Below are positions 37,801-52,800 of a stretch of DNA of 64,000 nt, one piece after another. The notes under the pieces are model-generated. The model was not told where the DNA came from. It ran no database searches and was given only the letters and a program-made list of their open reading frames with translations. The stretch's first letter is position 1, and every line of letters starts with the position of its first letter. The position numbers were made by a program, and so were the translations under genes. Source of the stretch: Amphiscolops sp. MND2022 (Eukaryota). Where the stretch lies: assembly GCA_964187785.1 (NCBI GenBank), contig OZ076414.1, positions 50,778,001-50,842,000 of the forward strand. Direction: 5' to 3'.

Positions 37801-40800
37801 AAATTAGTGGCATTATTTTATTGCATATTTTAAACCAGTCTTTTTTACTAATTATATCCACTGGCCATATTATATAATTTCAATTCCTTCAAATGTGATG
37901 AATTTTCTTCTGGAGTTTTCCATCCGCCATAATTCACTTTGAAGTTAAGTGGCTTCGCTTGAAAGAAATGAAATTGATTAAAAGTCAAACAAGCCAAATG
38001 CTGACTGGATGCTCTCAGGTTAATTCATCAACTTTTGAGTTTCGAGGGTCCAAAATAGCCCCAGCGCTGCCCCACGTGTCACATCTTGATGACAAATATT
38101 ATTTCAAGGACGGAAATTCAGGAAAAAACACTTTGGATGATTTTAAGGCACGAATGTGTATCATGATGCTCGTTCTCTCCGTTGATGTTTGGAAAAGTAG
38201 AAATTATTCAAAGCAACTGGGTAGCTGTGCCCATGGGTCGAAGATCTTGAATTTTTTGACAATATCTTTCAAGATTTTGATATTCGTGGGAGAGTTGGTA
38301 AAATTTTGGAAAGTTCTATCAAGATGTACAAAAAAATAAGAACCCTCGTATAAGTTCCGGATAACCACCGATAGAGGCATCTTCAGATAGTCATTTTTCC
38401 TTTCCATCAGTATTGGAAAACTTTTTCAAAAATTGTAAATCATGTGTAAATCGGTGATTTCATTTTTCATCCATTTTTCGTCTATTCCATGATTTAAATC
38501 ATTCGTTTTTTTAGTCGGCGCTTTTCTTAAGAAAAGAACCCGACTATTACAGTCACTCGTTTTTTTAGTCGGCGCTTTTCTTAAGAAAAGAGCCCCACTA
38601 TTACAGTCACTCGTTTTTTTTTATTTAGGACAGACTCGAAGCGACGAACGTTAAAATTAACGTTCAACTACTAAACTACTAAATACAGTACTAAACTACT
38701 GGACCAGTAAAGGCAAACGGGGAGCGCATTCATTTACTTTTTAAACGTTACCTACAAGCCTGGACGGGACTAAAGGGTCCCCCCTTTCGATTTTTTTTTC
38801 GGCACTGTGAGTTTTTTTTCGAAATTTTTTTAATGTCTCCAAAGGGTCCCCCCTTTGAGTTTTTTGTTATTTTGCTACAGAATGCGTGTTTATAAATCAA
38901 AAAGGGTCCCCTCTTTTACATTTTTCGGCGCTGTGCGACATTTTCCGAAAGAAAATTTTTTTTCGAAAAATTCAAGTTTTTTCCAAAAAAAATGTTTTGC
39001 GCTTTTTGAGCCTTAGATATAGCGCCGACTTGAGACGTTCCCGTCTTGTTTTATTTAAGACAGACTCGAAGCGACGAACGTTAACGTTCAACTAAAGGAA
39101 ACTAAATACCAGGGAAACGCATGTAAATTATTCCAAAGGATCCCCCTTTAGTTTTTTACTTTTTAAACGTTACCTACAAGCCCGGACGGGACTAAAGGGT
39201 CCCCCCTTTCGATTTTTTTCGGCACTGTGCGACTTTTTTTCGAAATTTTTTAAATGTCCCCAAAGGGTCCCCCCTTTGAGTTTTTTGTTATTTTGCTACA
39301 GAATGCGTGTTTATAAATCAAAAAGGGTCCCCCTTTTACATTTTTCGGCACTGTGCGACATTTTCCGAAAGAAAATTTTTTTTCGAAAAATTCAAGTTTT
39401 TTCCAAAAAAAATGTTTTGCGCTTTTTGAGCCTTAGATATAGCGCCGACTTGAGACGTTCCCGTCTTGTTTTTATTTAAATCATTCGAATTCGTTTGCGA
39501 CTAAAAGGAAATCAGCAAATTCAAGTTTTTCTCAAACATAGATGATTGATCATCCTTGATTCTCATCCTTGATACGCTTACATGAATATCACCCATGATA
39601 CATCTTTTATCATCCATGATTCATCCATCAACTTCCATGATTCATCCATTTTTCATCCATGAACATCCATGATTCATCCATGAACGTCTATCATTCATCA
39701 ATGAATGTCCATGCATACATGTTCATGAACATCAAGTTATCATGTGCTGCAAATTCTGTAGTTATTATAGCTATAATCAACTACATGAAGTTAATTCTTC
39801 GTGACTGATGAAAAACGACAGGCCCTGATAGAGTCTTTGTCTGCCCAGTCTGTGATATAATTATTCAAGAAACCCAGTTACGCGGAAATGTCATATGTGA
39901 ATTGTTTCATTCTAATTCAGTACTTGTTTGACACTTCGTACTTAACAGTGAATGGCCCCCGGCAAGCTTACATTTGCGGTAGGAAGTTTGTGGATTGAAT
40001 AAACAGTCAAGCTTCGCACAGTAGGTCCATGCGATAATCCCTTCCTCATTTAGGGTCCACAAATTTACTAAATTATGTCGCCATTTTGTAGATTACTTAC
40101 AAAACAGTGACATAAGGTGCCGAAGTTTATGATTTATTAGATGATTTGCGACTGTCATTAGATGCATTCAAGCGTATTTTCAGCCAAAAACATCGGTTTG
40201 CATTTTTTTCAAATAAATATTAAGAACATTTCATGAACATATAATTTTTATGAATATTTATGATAATTGGTGAACTAGTTCACAAATTATTATAAAAACT
40301 CAAAAATTATATGTTCATGAAATGTTCTTAATATTTATTTGAAACAAAATGCAAACCGAAGTTTTTGGCTGAAAATACGCTGAAAATACGCTAGCTAGTT
40401 TTTCAAGAATTGCCAAGGATAAAATAATATGAATAGTGTGAACCAAATGGTTCGGAAAAAAAAGCTACAAATTTACCATATGCTTAAAAAATTAGGCGGG
40501 TGGATTTTTTGTAGGATTATTTCCAAGATTATTTCAAGTTATTTAGTCTGCAGGTTTGAAAAAAACTGATTAGGATTTCCATTCGTTTTTGAGAGCCAAA
40601 AATCACAAAGCAAATATTTTCTAGAACACCACTTTTACTCAATCGATAGGTCTTATAGTTCTGCCGTTTTCGACGATGAAAAACTTCATATGTCGAAACC
40701 GGGAGAGTTTTCAAGATTAAAACTTGAGCCGTATTTATGAGGCTTTACAGCTTGTAGTATCTTATCGGTTGTTAAATTTGTAACTTATCCAAAAAAATTA

Positions 40801-43800
40801 TTGAAATTTTTGAATAGCTTGTCTTTTGAGGTTATTGCCATATTTGTAAGATATCATGAACACACGTGAAATACACAATAAAGCTTTTTCTGACTGCTTT
40901 TTGAATTGCTCAAAAGCAAAATAATCTTTTCAAGGTCACCCACTTATTTTGTCTCCCCAAATTTATTGTCCAATCTGTCCATGATTTCCTATATTTCATT
41001 ACTACGTGACAGAAATTTATTTTGATGTTTTTAATGAATTATCCACATGATTCATGTTCGAACAAAAGCACGTTGAGTTCGAACAATCAAAGAAAGTTTT
41101 TTATTTCACTCTATGGAATTCCAATAAATTTTATTCTCTCCACTCCATATTGAGTGAAATAATGCTGGTCAATCGTCGATCGTAAATTAAAACTCTCTTA
41201 TCTCATTTAGAGCGGATGCTGCATCACCAACAAATCATTTTTAGAAATTTAACGACACTTACCCTGGTTGTTTGAAATCATGCGAATTTTCAAAAAGCAA
41301 ACTGGACAAATCACTTTTCAAGAATTTTCCGCCATCTTTTTTAGAAACAATTGGAAATTTGCCGAAAGAAAAATAATTTGTCAAAATTTTAGGAATGTAA
41401 GTGTCCAATATTGGGCTTTTAACTCTTTAGATTCTTTGTAGTCAAACTATGGCCCAACTTTTGATAGAAATGAATTTTTTATGAACGTTGTTATTTCATG
41501 CCTTTTTTGAGAGAATAGTAATAAAGGGCTAAAGTTTTTGACGTTAAACACCAACCATTTCAATTTTTTTAAATCCAAATGGTTTTCGTGAATCTGTCTT
41601 CAAACGAATATGCCCAGTACAGTTTGTGTCTTATTAAAGCTGGTTTAAAGCTGGATCCTTGAATAGTTCAAGGCAGAAACACTAAGTAACAAAAGTTCAA
41701 CACTTAGTCCATCCGATTAAAGAAAAGTCAATCTCAGCTGCAAGGAGATTTTTTCTAAACTTTGCCATGTTCCGTCTTTAGCACTCAGAAGATAGAGGTT
41801 CCTCCTTAGACTTCATTGGCGAAAAAAATAGGTTCGTAGCACATGTAGTTGCGGGAATAATTGAACAAACACTACTCTTCATTAGCTGCAATGGTTGAGC
41901 TACCTACCCTAGTTGAACCTGTTGGAAGTTTCTCACGCTAGGCTGATTTTCTGAAGAACAAAGCAACTCCCGGGAGTTTTCTAAGGAAAACTCTGTAAGA
42001 CTGTAATGCAGCTTCCACTGTTTCAATCAAAACTGAGAATAATTCCACTTCGTTAGTGACCCCACCCAATCACTTAGTTTTTCAACGGTTTCCAAGAAAT
42101 TAACTAATGTAATCATTCTTATTCGATTGTCACATTGATTGTGACGCTAAACTGTTATTTATGAAGTGACGTAAGTTGCTTTGTGTCCCTATTTGAAGCT
42201 TTTAGAACTTTTTACAAGCTGGGGGCATGCATGCGGGGTAATGTTTTTGTAAACCCTAAAAAAACAGTAAGCTTCCAGTGGTAATTTTTATAGGTACACT
42301 GCAATTTCTTCTGCTGCATTTAAAGTCGTAAATGTTCCCCACTTGGTTACCGACACGATCAATTTTTGTTCACACTTTGATTTCTCAGCTACTTGTTGGA
42401 TGTTATCACTGCGTTTCGAATAGCAGACTAAAGATGACGCTAGTTTGTAGTTCATAACATAACAACATAACTGAAGTTATTTTGCATTGAAAAAGTGATA
42501 AAGATGATAACGTCTCAGCTGCATTTCAAAATAGAGCTGACCTGACTCATAAGAAAACCTACAAAACGTCACTGCTTAAAATCGACGCCAAAATTTAGAT
42601 GAATCTTTCAATCAGCTTGATAACGTTCGAATACAACAAGAAACTATTCCCTAAATTACAAAAATCACAACTCTTGTAAAATTCTTACAAGAATTCTTGT
42701 AAGATCTTGTAAGAAAATGCATTTTTAGAATCTAACTCTTGCAAAATTCTTGCAAGATTTGCATTTTTCTGCTCAGAATGTCACAAAAAATGCATAAATC
42801 TGACAATTTTTTCCCATTTCCTGCCAAAAATTGAACAGCTGTAAAAAAAACGATCTGTACTCGACAAATGATACAATTTTCCATATTAGAGCATCTATGT
42901 CTTTAATTATGGGAATGCTTTATTTGCATCATCATCATTGTTTGATGCTATTGTTGTAAAGCTTTCGCTTACAACATTACAGCCCTGCGTGGTGTCACTG
43001 CCTCTAAGAGGGCAAAGTCTTCCATTCTCAGCAGTCTCCTGACTAGTTGAAATGGGCTGGGGAAGAACTGAAACCGATGGTTGACTTTTGGTTGAATTGT
43101 CAGGGTTTTTATAGTTTTCAATATGACATTGCACAGGTGGTTTGTTTTTTAGTATTTTTACTGATTTTCTCCATCACAGCAGCTGACCGCATGTTTGGAT
43201 TAGAACCGTTAGAAAGCCCTTGAAATGTATTTTCATTTTGTATCATGTTCATTTTCCTATCATCATTAGCTGAAGAGGTCTCGGAATTTTTGTCCGGAGT
43301 TTCATAGCTGGAATACCTTATAGTAGTTTTTGGGGTAAAATTGCATGTAATTCTTCTTGCTCAAAATTAACAATTTGGACCCTTTTGCTGGGATCCTGGG
43401 ACAGTTTGTGCATTGTTAACGGCAACTGTGGCTGTTGTTGCTGGAAGTTTGATGGTTTGTGAAATTTTGGTCGAAATAACACATCACATTTCTGTAAGAA
43501 TTTCTTACGAAAAAAATGCATTTTCTGCAAAAATGTTATCAGAATCTTGTAAGAAATGTTCGACATTGTAACAAATTTGCAAAATTTGCGATTTTTGTAC
43601 AAACTTGTAAGAAAAGCAAAGTTGAAGAGAATTTCGGAAGAAATTTGCAATATTTGTGATTCTTGTAACCTAGAGTTTTCACATGAAAAGTTCCGTAAGA
43701 GTTCTAAAAAACAGAAGAACAAACAAAAAAGTTCAAGAAAGGTTAACAAATGCATGTCAAAAAAGCTGTCCATTTGTTTCCTTCTGAGTTTTGTGCTGTG

Positions 43801-46800
43801 ATTCTCTGGCTACTCCAATAAATTGAAAAATCATCATGATAAACGAGCTCGGAACTCCATAAAACAGGCAAAAGGTTCGAACAGGGGCACGAAAATGTTC
43901 GAAAAGGTTCCAACTAGACTAGGGCATTATCTAGTTTTGTCTGCAGGGCCTCTGCATGAGGTAGAAAAGAAATCTTCAAACAATGAAGGAAGTTTTTCCA
44001 ACAATCAAGGCAGAGAATCTGTCCGTACTGAACTATTTTAGCGACAAAATATTTTAGGGCTCGAGTGTCCTCATTTTGAAATTATTCTGGAATTATGTGG
44101 AAAAACTAACATCTGATAATAAATTGACATCATGGCTCAATGCGTTTTCAAAAACTCGGCTAAAAGATCTAAAAAAATATGGACGATGCGTCAAATAGTG
44201 AAGGTCACAAGACATTCATCAGACATTTAAACAACTATCGTGTGAACTGGTTCTTGAAATCTACCTACAGGTGTATACTCTCACCGTAGATACTTTTGAT
44301 ACGCTGCAGTATGGACAATCTTAGATACATGAAAACGAACTCTAAGAACATTGCATTCAAAGGGTAATTTTATTCTCGTCTCTGCCTTTTAACCTTTTTC
44401 CAATCCTTCTCCAAATCCATCAGAAAATAACATGGCACACTAATCATCTGTTTAAAATCCCGCCAAGTTAATCCATCCATTCGCCATAAAAATGTCCGAC
44501 GAGACTGAATATCATACCTTTTAACGTTTCTCCTCATCCTTATCAACATTGGAATACAACAGATTTTCTATATTTTAAGAAAGAAATTGGAAAATGGCGA
44601 AATTTGCATGGGTCGCTTGAGAGGTGATTTTTTCCTGCCTTGTTTTCCTGTATATTGAGCGGAAAGACATTAACCTAAGACCATATTCTCATTCATGCAA
44701 CAGATATGTTGGAATTTTGGGCTCAAATGTCATACTGTGACACATTGTGATGCAAAGTTCGATTCTAAAGCTGTTTTTCTTAACATCTTGATAAATCTTT
44801 GGTTTGAATAACTAATTCTTTCATTTTAAGTTTCTCGTAAATTCTATTTTGATAACGTATCTATCGGGAAAAAGGAATAAAGAACACATTTGTTTGATGT
44901 TATGTAAATCAACTTAATTATTATTATCAAAACAAGTTGTTTACCAACATCAAATACTGCGTGATATCACGTGACAATGGTATGGTGTTTCAGGTCAAGA
45001 CCAATCAAGCCATGTTCCCCTCAGATCAGTTTCTGCCCATCTTCATCAACCAGATAATCGCCAATTCTTCTGACTCCAGTCCCTTCATCAAACAGCACGT
45101 CAGAGAACTGGTTAGAATTCGGAAAGAGCACGACTAGCATTTAGACGTTTTTCTGCTCGCGGAACTTCAAGAAAAGTTTCCGGTTTCCTTGAAATCAATT
45201 TTCTTGAAAAATTTTGATTGTTTTTTTTGATCAGAAAATCACACATTTTCATTTTCTGTGAAGATTTCGAACGAAAATTCTCGCAAAAGTGACTGGAAAT
45301 TCAATTTTTTAAAGTTATTTGTTGATTTTTTAGGTTGATTTGTTGCGAGATTTTAGATTTTTAGACTTTTTTGTGAAACTCCCATTGTTTTGCGCGAAGT
45401 TCAGACTACTGACAGAACTATGTTTATCAGGTTCCTGGACCGTCGAATTAGGAAAGGCAACTGAAATGGATGACTATATTGTGTTTTGTTAAAGCTTAAT
45501 TTGACCAATTCGGTGTTTACTTAGTAGACGATACTTTTCACCACTTAAATATAAACTAAAATTGATTCGAATTGGCGTCAGCGGTTGAAAGGTCCGAATC
45601 GGTTAAAACAGAGTTGATCTCTTAGAGCAAAATTTACTGAGTTTATGTCTGTGCGAAAATATTCAAACCACTTAGTTGATAAACCAAGTGTAACAATACT
45701 TCAACTCCTCCACCCTAAACGGGTTTTCTCAACGATTTTTGATTGCAGAGACCTGATATTTCGCACACGTATACCTGAGGTGTTATAGTACTTGTTTAGA
45801 AGTTGGAACTGAGTGGAGACGCCAGGTCCGTTGCTATTAGTACAGTAAGTGCACTAGGTCAACCCCAATACAGGCGCGTCGGCAGAGCACGGAGCTAGTC
45901 ATATTACCTGCGGAATTGATAGCCCATAAATTATTCTGCCGTTTGGGGATGTTTTCGGAACCCTGAAACACGCGCAGAGACAGCATTGACCCCATATAAA
46001 CAAGACCCGTTAGTTAAGTAAACCGCCACAAGTTGACCCGAGGATCATGAAACTTAACCAAGGTACTCTTTAACCAACCCTTTGTGAAAAACAAAATGCG
46101 TACATCGAACGGCCCATTGCGTGAGGAATATTGTTATTCAAGGAACAAAGGCCCTGCAAAAAAAATCATTTGACCTTGGCTTGTAATACCTCAAACGAAC
46201 CGCCAAAATGATTGCACTCGAATCCTTACGAGAGTAAAAACGTATTTGCAACCCATCCGGGGGTTGCTGCCCTAAGTAAACAAACCAAATCATGTAACTC
46301 GGGAACCATTGACCCTAGAACTACATACCTTGGATTGTAGAATTTTGAATTTTGGAAGACTACAAATAATTCCGAGTTCAACACATAAAAAAACGTACGT
46401 TAACACATGTAAATTTATGCCTTTCAATTTTTCAATTAGGCGAGAGGATTCGCGAAGAACCCTAATCATAAGGATGTGAAAGTACTCCCCACGTGTAGGC
46501 AAATTGTGAACCATGGAAGCGAAGGTCCTTGAGAAATCTTCTTTTCATTATATTAATCTTAGGAGACCTAATTTATATGGGAATGCGAACATCGGATAAG
46601 CATGCAGAAAAACAAAAAGTTGAAACTTTAAAGTTTGCAAGCGCTCAAAAAAACTAGAAAGTCACACTGGATTAGTATTACAATGAAAAAATAAGGTTCA
46701 AAAAGTCTATAGTGGAAAAAATGGCCACTTGATGAAATGGTCAGAGATGAATCCATAGAACTTTGGTCACAAAAGTTGCTAACACAGTTAGGCCGAGCCT

Positions 46801-49800
46801 AATATTCATCACAGAATCCTGGCTGACAGAAAAAGACCCACTCTGCGAGTACGCACTAGACGGATACCAGTAACTGGAATCAAAGCCTAGAAAAAATGGC
46901 ACGCGGGTCGGAGTCGTTTTTTATGCTCTATATGGGGTCGACTATCAAACTATGGATGATTCAAGTGAGTTGGAATGTCTGATAGTCAAAGCTACGTTCG
47001 ACGAAGCTATTATCAAAACCTTCTTTGTTGTTTATTGACCAGATGGTGTCAAATTCCCGGTTTTCCTTGATTGCGTTTTCACTGCTGCTCTTAAAAACAC
47101 TGAAACATGACTGCACGCTCTTTGGAGATTTCAACATCGACACTCTAACTGACGACAATTAGAAACGAAAATATATAAACTTACTTGCTACCTATGGATA
47201 TGAAATACAAAACTCTTTACCAACTAGAGTCACAACCACTAGCTCAACTTCCTTAGACCATGTTATCAGCCGTTTTTCCATTGAAAAGAAAACAGTTAAA
47301 GTAACAATAAGTGATCAATATGCGTTTCAATCTGAATTTCCCATTCTATTGAATGATAACAAGAAACGGGAGGAACCGCAGGGATCTGAGAAACATCAAT
47401 GATCCAAAAACGCTAAACTTTTTGTTTCTATTAGACCAGAAATTGAAATCCGTGGACGAAACATCTGATCCCGAAAAATATCTAACGAAGTCCCATCTTC
47501 GTCAAATTATGGAGGTATTTATACCAAACAAGAAAGGACTCTTCGAATTATTTTACGTCTTATAACAATACTAGTACTGAACGTATCATTTATGAATTGA
47601 CTACAAGCATTAAAAAGAAGTGAAATACAGGGTAGCTTTCAGAAGTCATTGTTTGTTCTCTGAAGAGTTGATCAGCTCATTTTTCGTCCCTTTTGTTTGT
47701 ATAGTGTTTTACTTATGTAATGGCATACAATTGAATAAATAAATTCTTCTTCTCCAGAAACCCTCAAAAGGTTTCCTCGACGTTGCAAGAGTACAAAACT
47801 TGACCTAACTATTGACCTCGGTTGACGGCTATGGGAAGTTTGTCAAACATTACTAACCCTTTTAGGTGAAAAATAAAGTAAAACGCTAGCTAAACTATAT
47901 TTTGTGTGAACGGGAAATGGTAAAACATGTGGTGATGTTTGTATGCTGTTCTCTAGGTGAGGGACACAAAACTGACGGCGGACAATTTTGACGAGCTGCG
48001 ACAGGAGTTTGTTCACCTGCACTTCTACTCCGCCTCCTCAGACACCCTGCACATAGAGGAGAAGAGTATCTACACATTCTGGTCTCTCCTCTCCAACATC
48101 GGCGGCAACATGGGCATGTTCCTCGGACTATCACTCGTCGGCTTCTTCAAGGTTACTGATCATTACTCAAAAAAAATAATATAAATAAATGAAGCAACAC
48201 ATTTAAACTCCGTTTACCCAGCGATCGAAGACATGGTACGCTTGCCAAGAACCATGGTAAATCGCTAGCTAGCCTAGCCAAGATCTTACCATGATCTTAC
48301 CAAGATCTTGCCAAGGATACCATGATTATGCAAGATCGTGCCGAGCGTACCATGTTTTACCATGATCTTGGCAAGAAACACTACTATAGTGAACTTTTAC
48401 AATGATGATATCAACTTTCGCATTGATATCATTCCCAATATTTTTCCTTCCACGAACGTATTTTTGATCATCAGTTTTTTATAATTTATTTTACTGACTT
48501 AAACCAATTTTTCTGTAAATCTTGATGATGTGCTTAAAAATGTGAAGATATTACTTCTCCGGTAGTTTTTAAATACAGTATTCGTGTAAGTATTTTCTCG
48601 AACCCACTGCATGAATTTATATTGAAAAGGTTCTCATTTCTGCTGTTATTTTGTTGCCTGTAGTGAAACCCCATGGTTTTTCATTCTTGCACATAACATT
48701 TGATTCAAGCGAACAATTCTCAACTCTCGGAATTGAAAAATGACCAGAGAATGGATTAAAAACTTTCATTTTTTCTCGAACGGGAAGTAGAATTTCATCT
48801 CAGACACATTTTTCTAGTTGGCAAGACAGACAAAAAATCCTGGAGCTATCCTTCTGATTATATTAGTATTTCATGCTAATACATGTAATTTTATCAGCAT
48901 GGCCATTAATGACGCCCATCGGAGCCAAAAACAATCATCAAAACTATCCATCAGAATTATCAACATTACTTCTTATCATGTATGTTTATTAAATTTCATG
49001 CCATGTTTTGGAATTCCGGCAATTGATAAAACTTGGATTATTAAATCTGATTCTGATTAATAAAAAATGTGAAGTCAAGTGACGTAGTGACGCTACTTAA
49101 GATGCAAATGGACCATAAATGTCTGATGTCTGATTACGTAACAAGATTACTGTTTCGGGGAAATACCCCTCTATTACGTCATAGCCAGCTAAAATATGCA
49201 CCTCAGAACAATTTAGTCTCAATCAAGGAATAATGCATACCTTTGTCCAGACTGCAGGAATATTTTACATGCTGAAGGCGTGCACGAATGGTAATTTTTA
49301 TAATACTTCGAAAATTCAGAGAACTCCAGGAGGAATATTTTGTAGCCTCACACTGCAGCTTTCACTATTGCAATTAAAACCAAAAATGTTTCCCAATTTG
49401 TCGTCGACATGATGAGGTTGTTTTCGCCTTTCAGCTACTCAGATTTTATTTGGTGCTATCATAGTTACACAAGTAGCACGCTGAACATGACGCTGTTCTG
49501 TTTCTTGAAATAAGACTGAAAGTACTTCACATTACAATGCGGAAAATTTTATAATCTCTTAGCTGCACATAAGTCTAGAGCCAACACAAGAAAAAACGTT
49601 CCAAACTTTTGGACTTCGAATGGCTGCAAATTTCAGGATCCAACTTTCGAGTAGCTTGAGAAAGGTCTGTTACGACGGAGAAAATTTTACTGTTTGAACA
49701 TTTCCGTTTTAGTTCTAAAACTAACGTTGAAAATGCTTGGCAATAGTCGAACACATGTGACAAATTCACGCAATTCTACATACAGGAAAAAAATTGGCAA

Positions 49801-52800
49801 AAAGTATAAAAAATACATTCTTATTTCAAGAGGCAGTGCATACAATATAAGTGAATGAAAACGTAATTAAAGAGAAAAAGGGGATGATTACCCGGGCTGA
49901 CCCTCTTACTAGCATCTTGGCTGTCTTGGAACCCATGGCAAGATTCTTATTAAGATCTTACTAAGATAATACATTATTCCAAGATCGTATCTTATCACGA
50001 TGGACAAAATTCTAAGATTATAAAAAGCACTATATCTTCAGTACAAGCAGCCGATACTCTATCGAAGGGCTAAATTCACCCAACAACGACTATTTCTACT
50101 CGTTTTCATAATCCTCAACCCGCTGAAATAAATTTCCATGTAAAAATGTGCGAAAAATTACGATAACGTATTCTGGCTTCCGAAATTCTGACGAGAATCC
50201 TAATAACTCCTCACCTGCTTAAGACTGAAAATGCGATTGTACCAAATGGAAGCTCGTTCTAGGGATTTTCGAAAACTTGTAACGTATCACTCCTGTCGAT
50301 TCCAGACACGGAGAAAAATGCTCTTAACCCTATTTAGCATCGCGGTACGTATTTGCACCACTTAAGATCTGCGAACTTCTAAAAGCACCAGCCCACCGTA
50401 TGGTACAGAAAACTCTTGAATAAGATTTTCAAACAAAGAAATGCACGCATTTTGACGGATTGTTGACTTGATGTCTCCAAAATCAGAAAAACGGGACCGA
50501 AAAAATCAAAAAAAATAACCGCAAAATTTCCGATTTTCCTGTTTTTGTGTGTGGCCACTTTATAATGCTGGGGACAAGATTAAGTCAAAGGAGCCCTAGC
50601 ATGTTTTGAAACAAGCTGAACTGCAGCCAGAGACACCACGCGTGCAAAGTTTTGGCGCAAAGTCCGGAGCCAGGACTTCGCGCAAAAAATTTTGCGGCCA
50701 AGGGGACCGCATTAGCGGGCCCCCAGCCCAGCAAATTAAATATTGATTTGAAAGCCCCGATGCTCCTCTTTTGAACGCTGTATGAATCGTTTGTCAAACT
50801 TGAATAGTTTTGTAGATATTGCGGTTTAAAGTTTAAGCACCAGATTTTTTGGATGCATCCAGAAAATTCCATCTCCATTCCGGGTTAAACGTCCAGAGCC
50901 ATTATCGGAAAGTTCCACAGGGAATTAGTAGAAATCCGGAACTTTTTTCAAATTCATATCTCCATCTTTCTTTGAGCCTGTTCCAGCAGTCCTATTACTG
51001 CTGGAAACGGCGGCCATTGTCCCGTTTTGGGTAATGCTTCAGCTCGAGGCTTTTTTGACGCCGCTATTGGCGACGGTTTTGCTATTGATAGAACAATTTA
51101 ATCTATATTTTTTTGACTTCCTTTCAGATCTTTTCTGTCCAAATAGGATAGGATTTTACAATAATTTTTTTTGGCAACATGGCTCTCTTGATAAGATCTT
51201 ACCATGACATCTTGCAATTCTTGGCAATCTCTTGGCAAGATCTTAGCTAAGATATCCATGGAGGGTCGACCCGGGTATGGGGACGTATTATGTAAAACGG
51301 TAAGCACTCTAACATTTTATTCCACATGTGGTCGGTCTGTTTCATTTTCGTATCTTTGGAAAAGAAAAGATTAAATTCTTTTTTCATTGTTTCCAATGAA
51401 ACTTTCTGCCTAATCTTTTTTTTTCGGTAGGATGTTCCACAAAGGTAGGGTTCATTTGAGGAAACATTTGAATAGAAATTCAGATTTTTTGTCAAATCTG
51501 GGTATTCAATTATTGTTCTTTTAACATGTCTCTTTTTAGGCCAAAGCCAAGATTGAGTAATCGCACGAGTAAAATTTTTACCTCCGAATGAGACTTATTG
51601 ATATTTTATTATTCATATATTTATGGAAATTTGAATTCAAAACATTCCATTTTTGGTATGTTTTGTACATTTTGGAGCATTTACAAAACTGCATGACGAA
51701 AAAAAAACAAACATCCAGTGTGTTTTCCGGATAAAAAATAATTTCCGTACGTTACTCAAAACTTTTAGGCGGTTATTAATAATCACAGCGCTGGAAAACG
51801 CAATAATTGCCTTTAGCATTTTCTCAATTGGCATTTTTTATGCTTACACAAAATGCATAATAAAGAGCCAAAATATCCATTTTCAACATTTTATACTTTT
51901 TTGATACTTTGCGCAGGTTTTGGAAGTGTGAATATCAATGGTGTTCATTAACAACAAGGTACTTTATCCCGAGAAACATTCTTTCTGTGTTTTTAAAGTA
52001 AGGTGTAAAATGAATTGAAAGGTGTAAAAGCTTTCACGTTCGAGCCTTAAAAAATGTCGTAGCTAATTAATTTGTGGGCGAAAAATATCCCGCTGCTCAT
52101 TAGGCGTCTTGTTTAGCTTCCATGTGGGAAACGTATAGACTGCTCAAAAATTAAATCACATTATGTTGACTTTGGATAATGGATAGCCTTGAGAATTGAA
52201 ACTGAAATTGTGGTCTTCCGGACTTCGGAACAACTGAAAAAACTCAATGAGCATATTACTTTGTACCAAAGAAACAAAAAAGCACTAACCAACCCTGATA
52301 CATAGAGGAGTTTTTAAGCTCAATGCAATGCGCTCCTAAATTTAAGAAGTGTCAGTTCCAAATACAATCGAACCTGAATAGAGCCTTTTGAAGGTTCAAT
52401 ACTATCCTATACTCCTTACACCTGGAAAATAGTCGCACTGATGATTTTTCATTTTAAAAAAGTAACATGCCGTTTTTATAATGTAATTATCATGTTTTTT
52501 CCAATGAACGGCCATGTTTTTGAAAAGTACCGTTCTTAGTTTTCTTGCTGATGAATTTTTTTTGGCACAGAGTTTCTCGAACGTCCATGCAGAAGCAACC
52601 CTCTTATTGTCTTTGGATTCTCATATTTTTAATGGAACCTCAATGCCGCGCCATCACTAAACCAATTCGTCAGCAAAGTTCCTCTGAGCAATTGCTATTT
52701 GACTATGGATTTCTTTGTGAGAAACTGATACTTGAAACCTCTAACTACTATTTTTTAAAGGTACAAATTTTGCAACATAGCTACGCTGGTTGGAAAAAAT

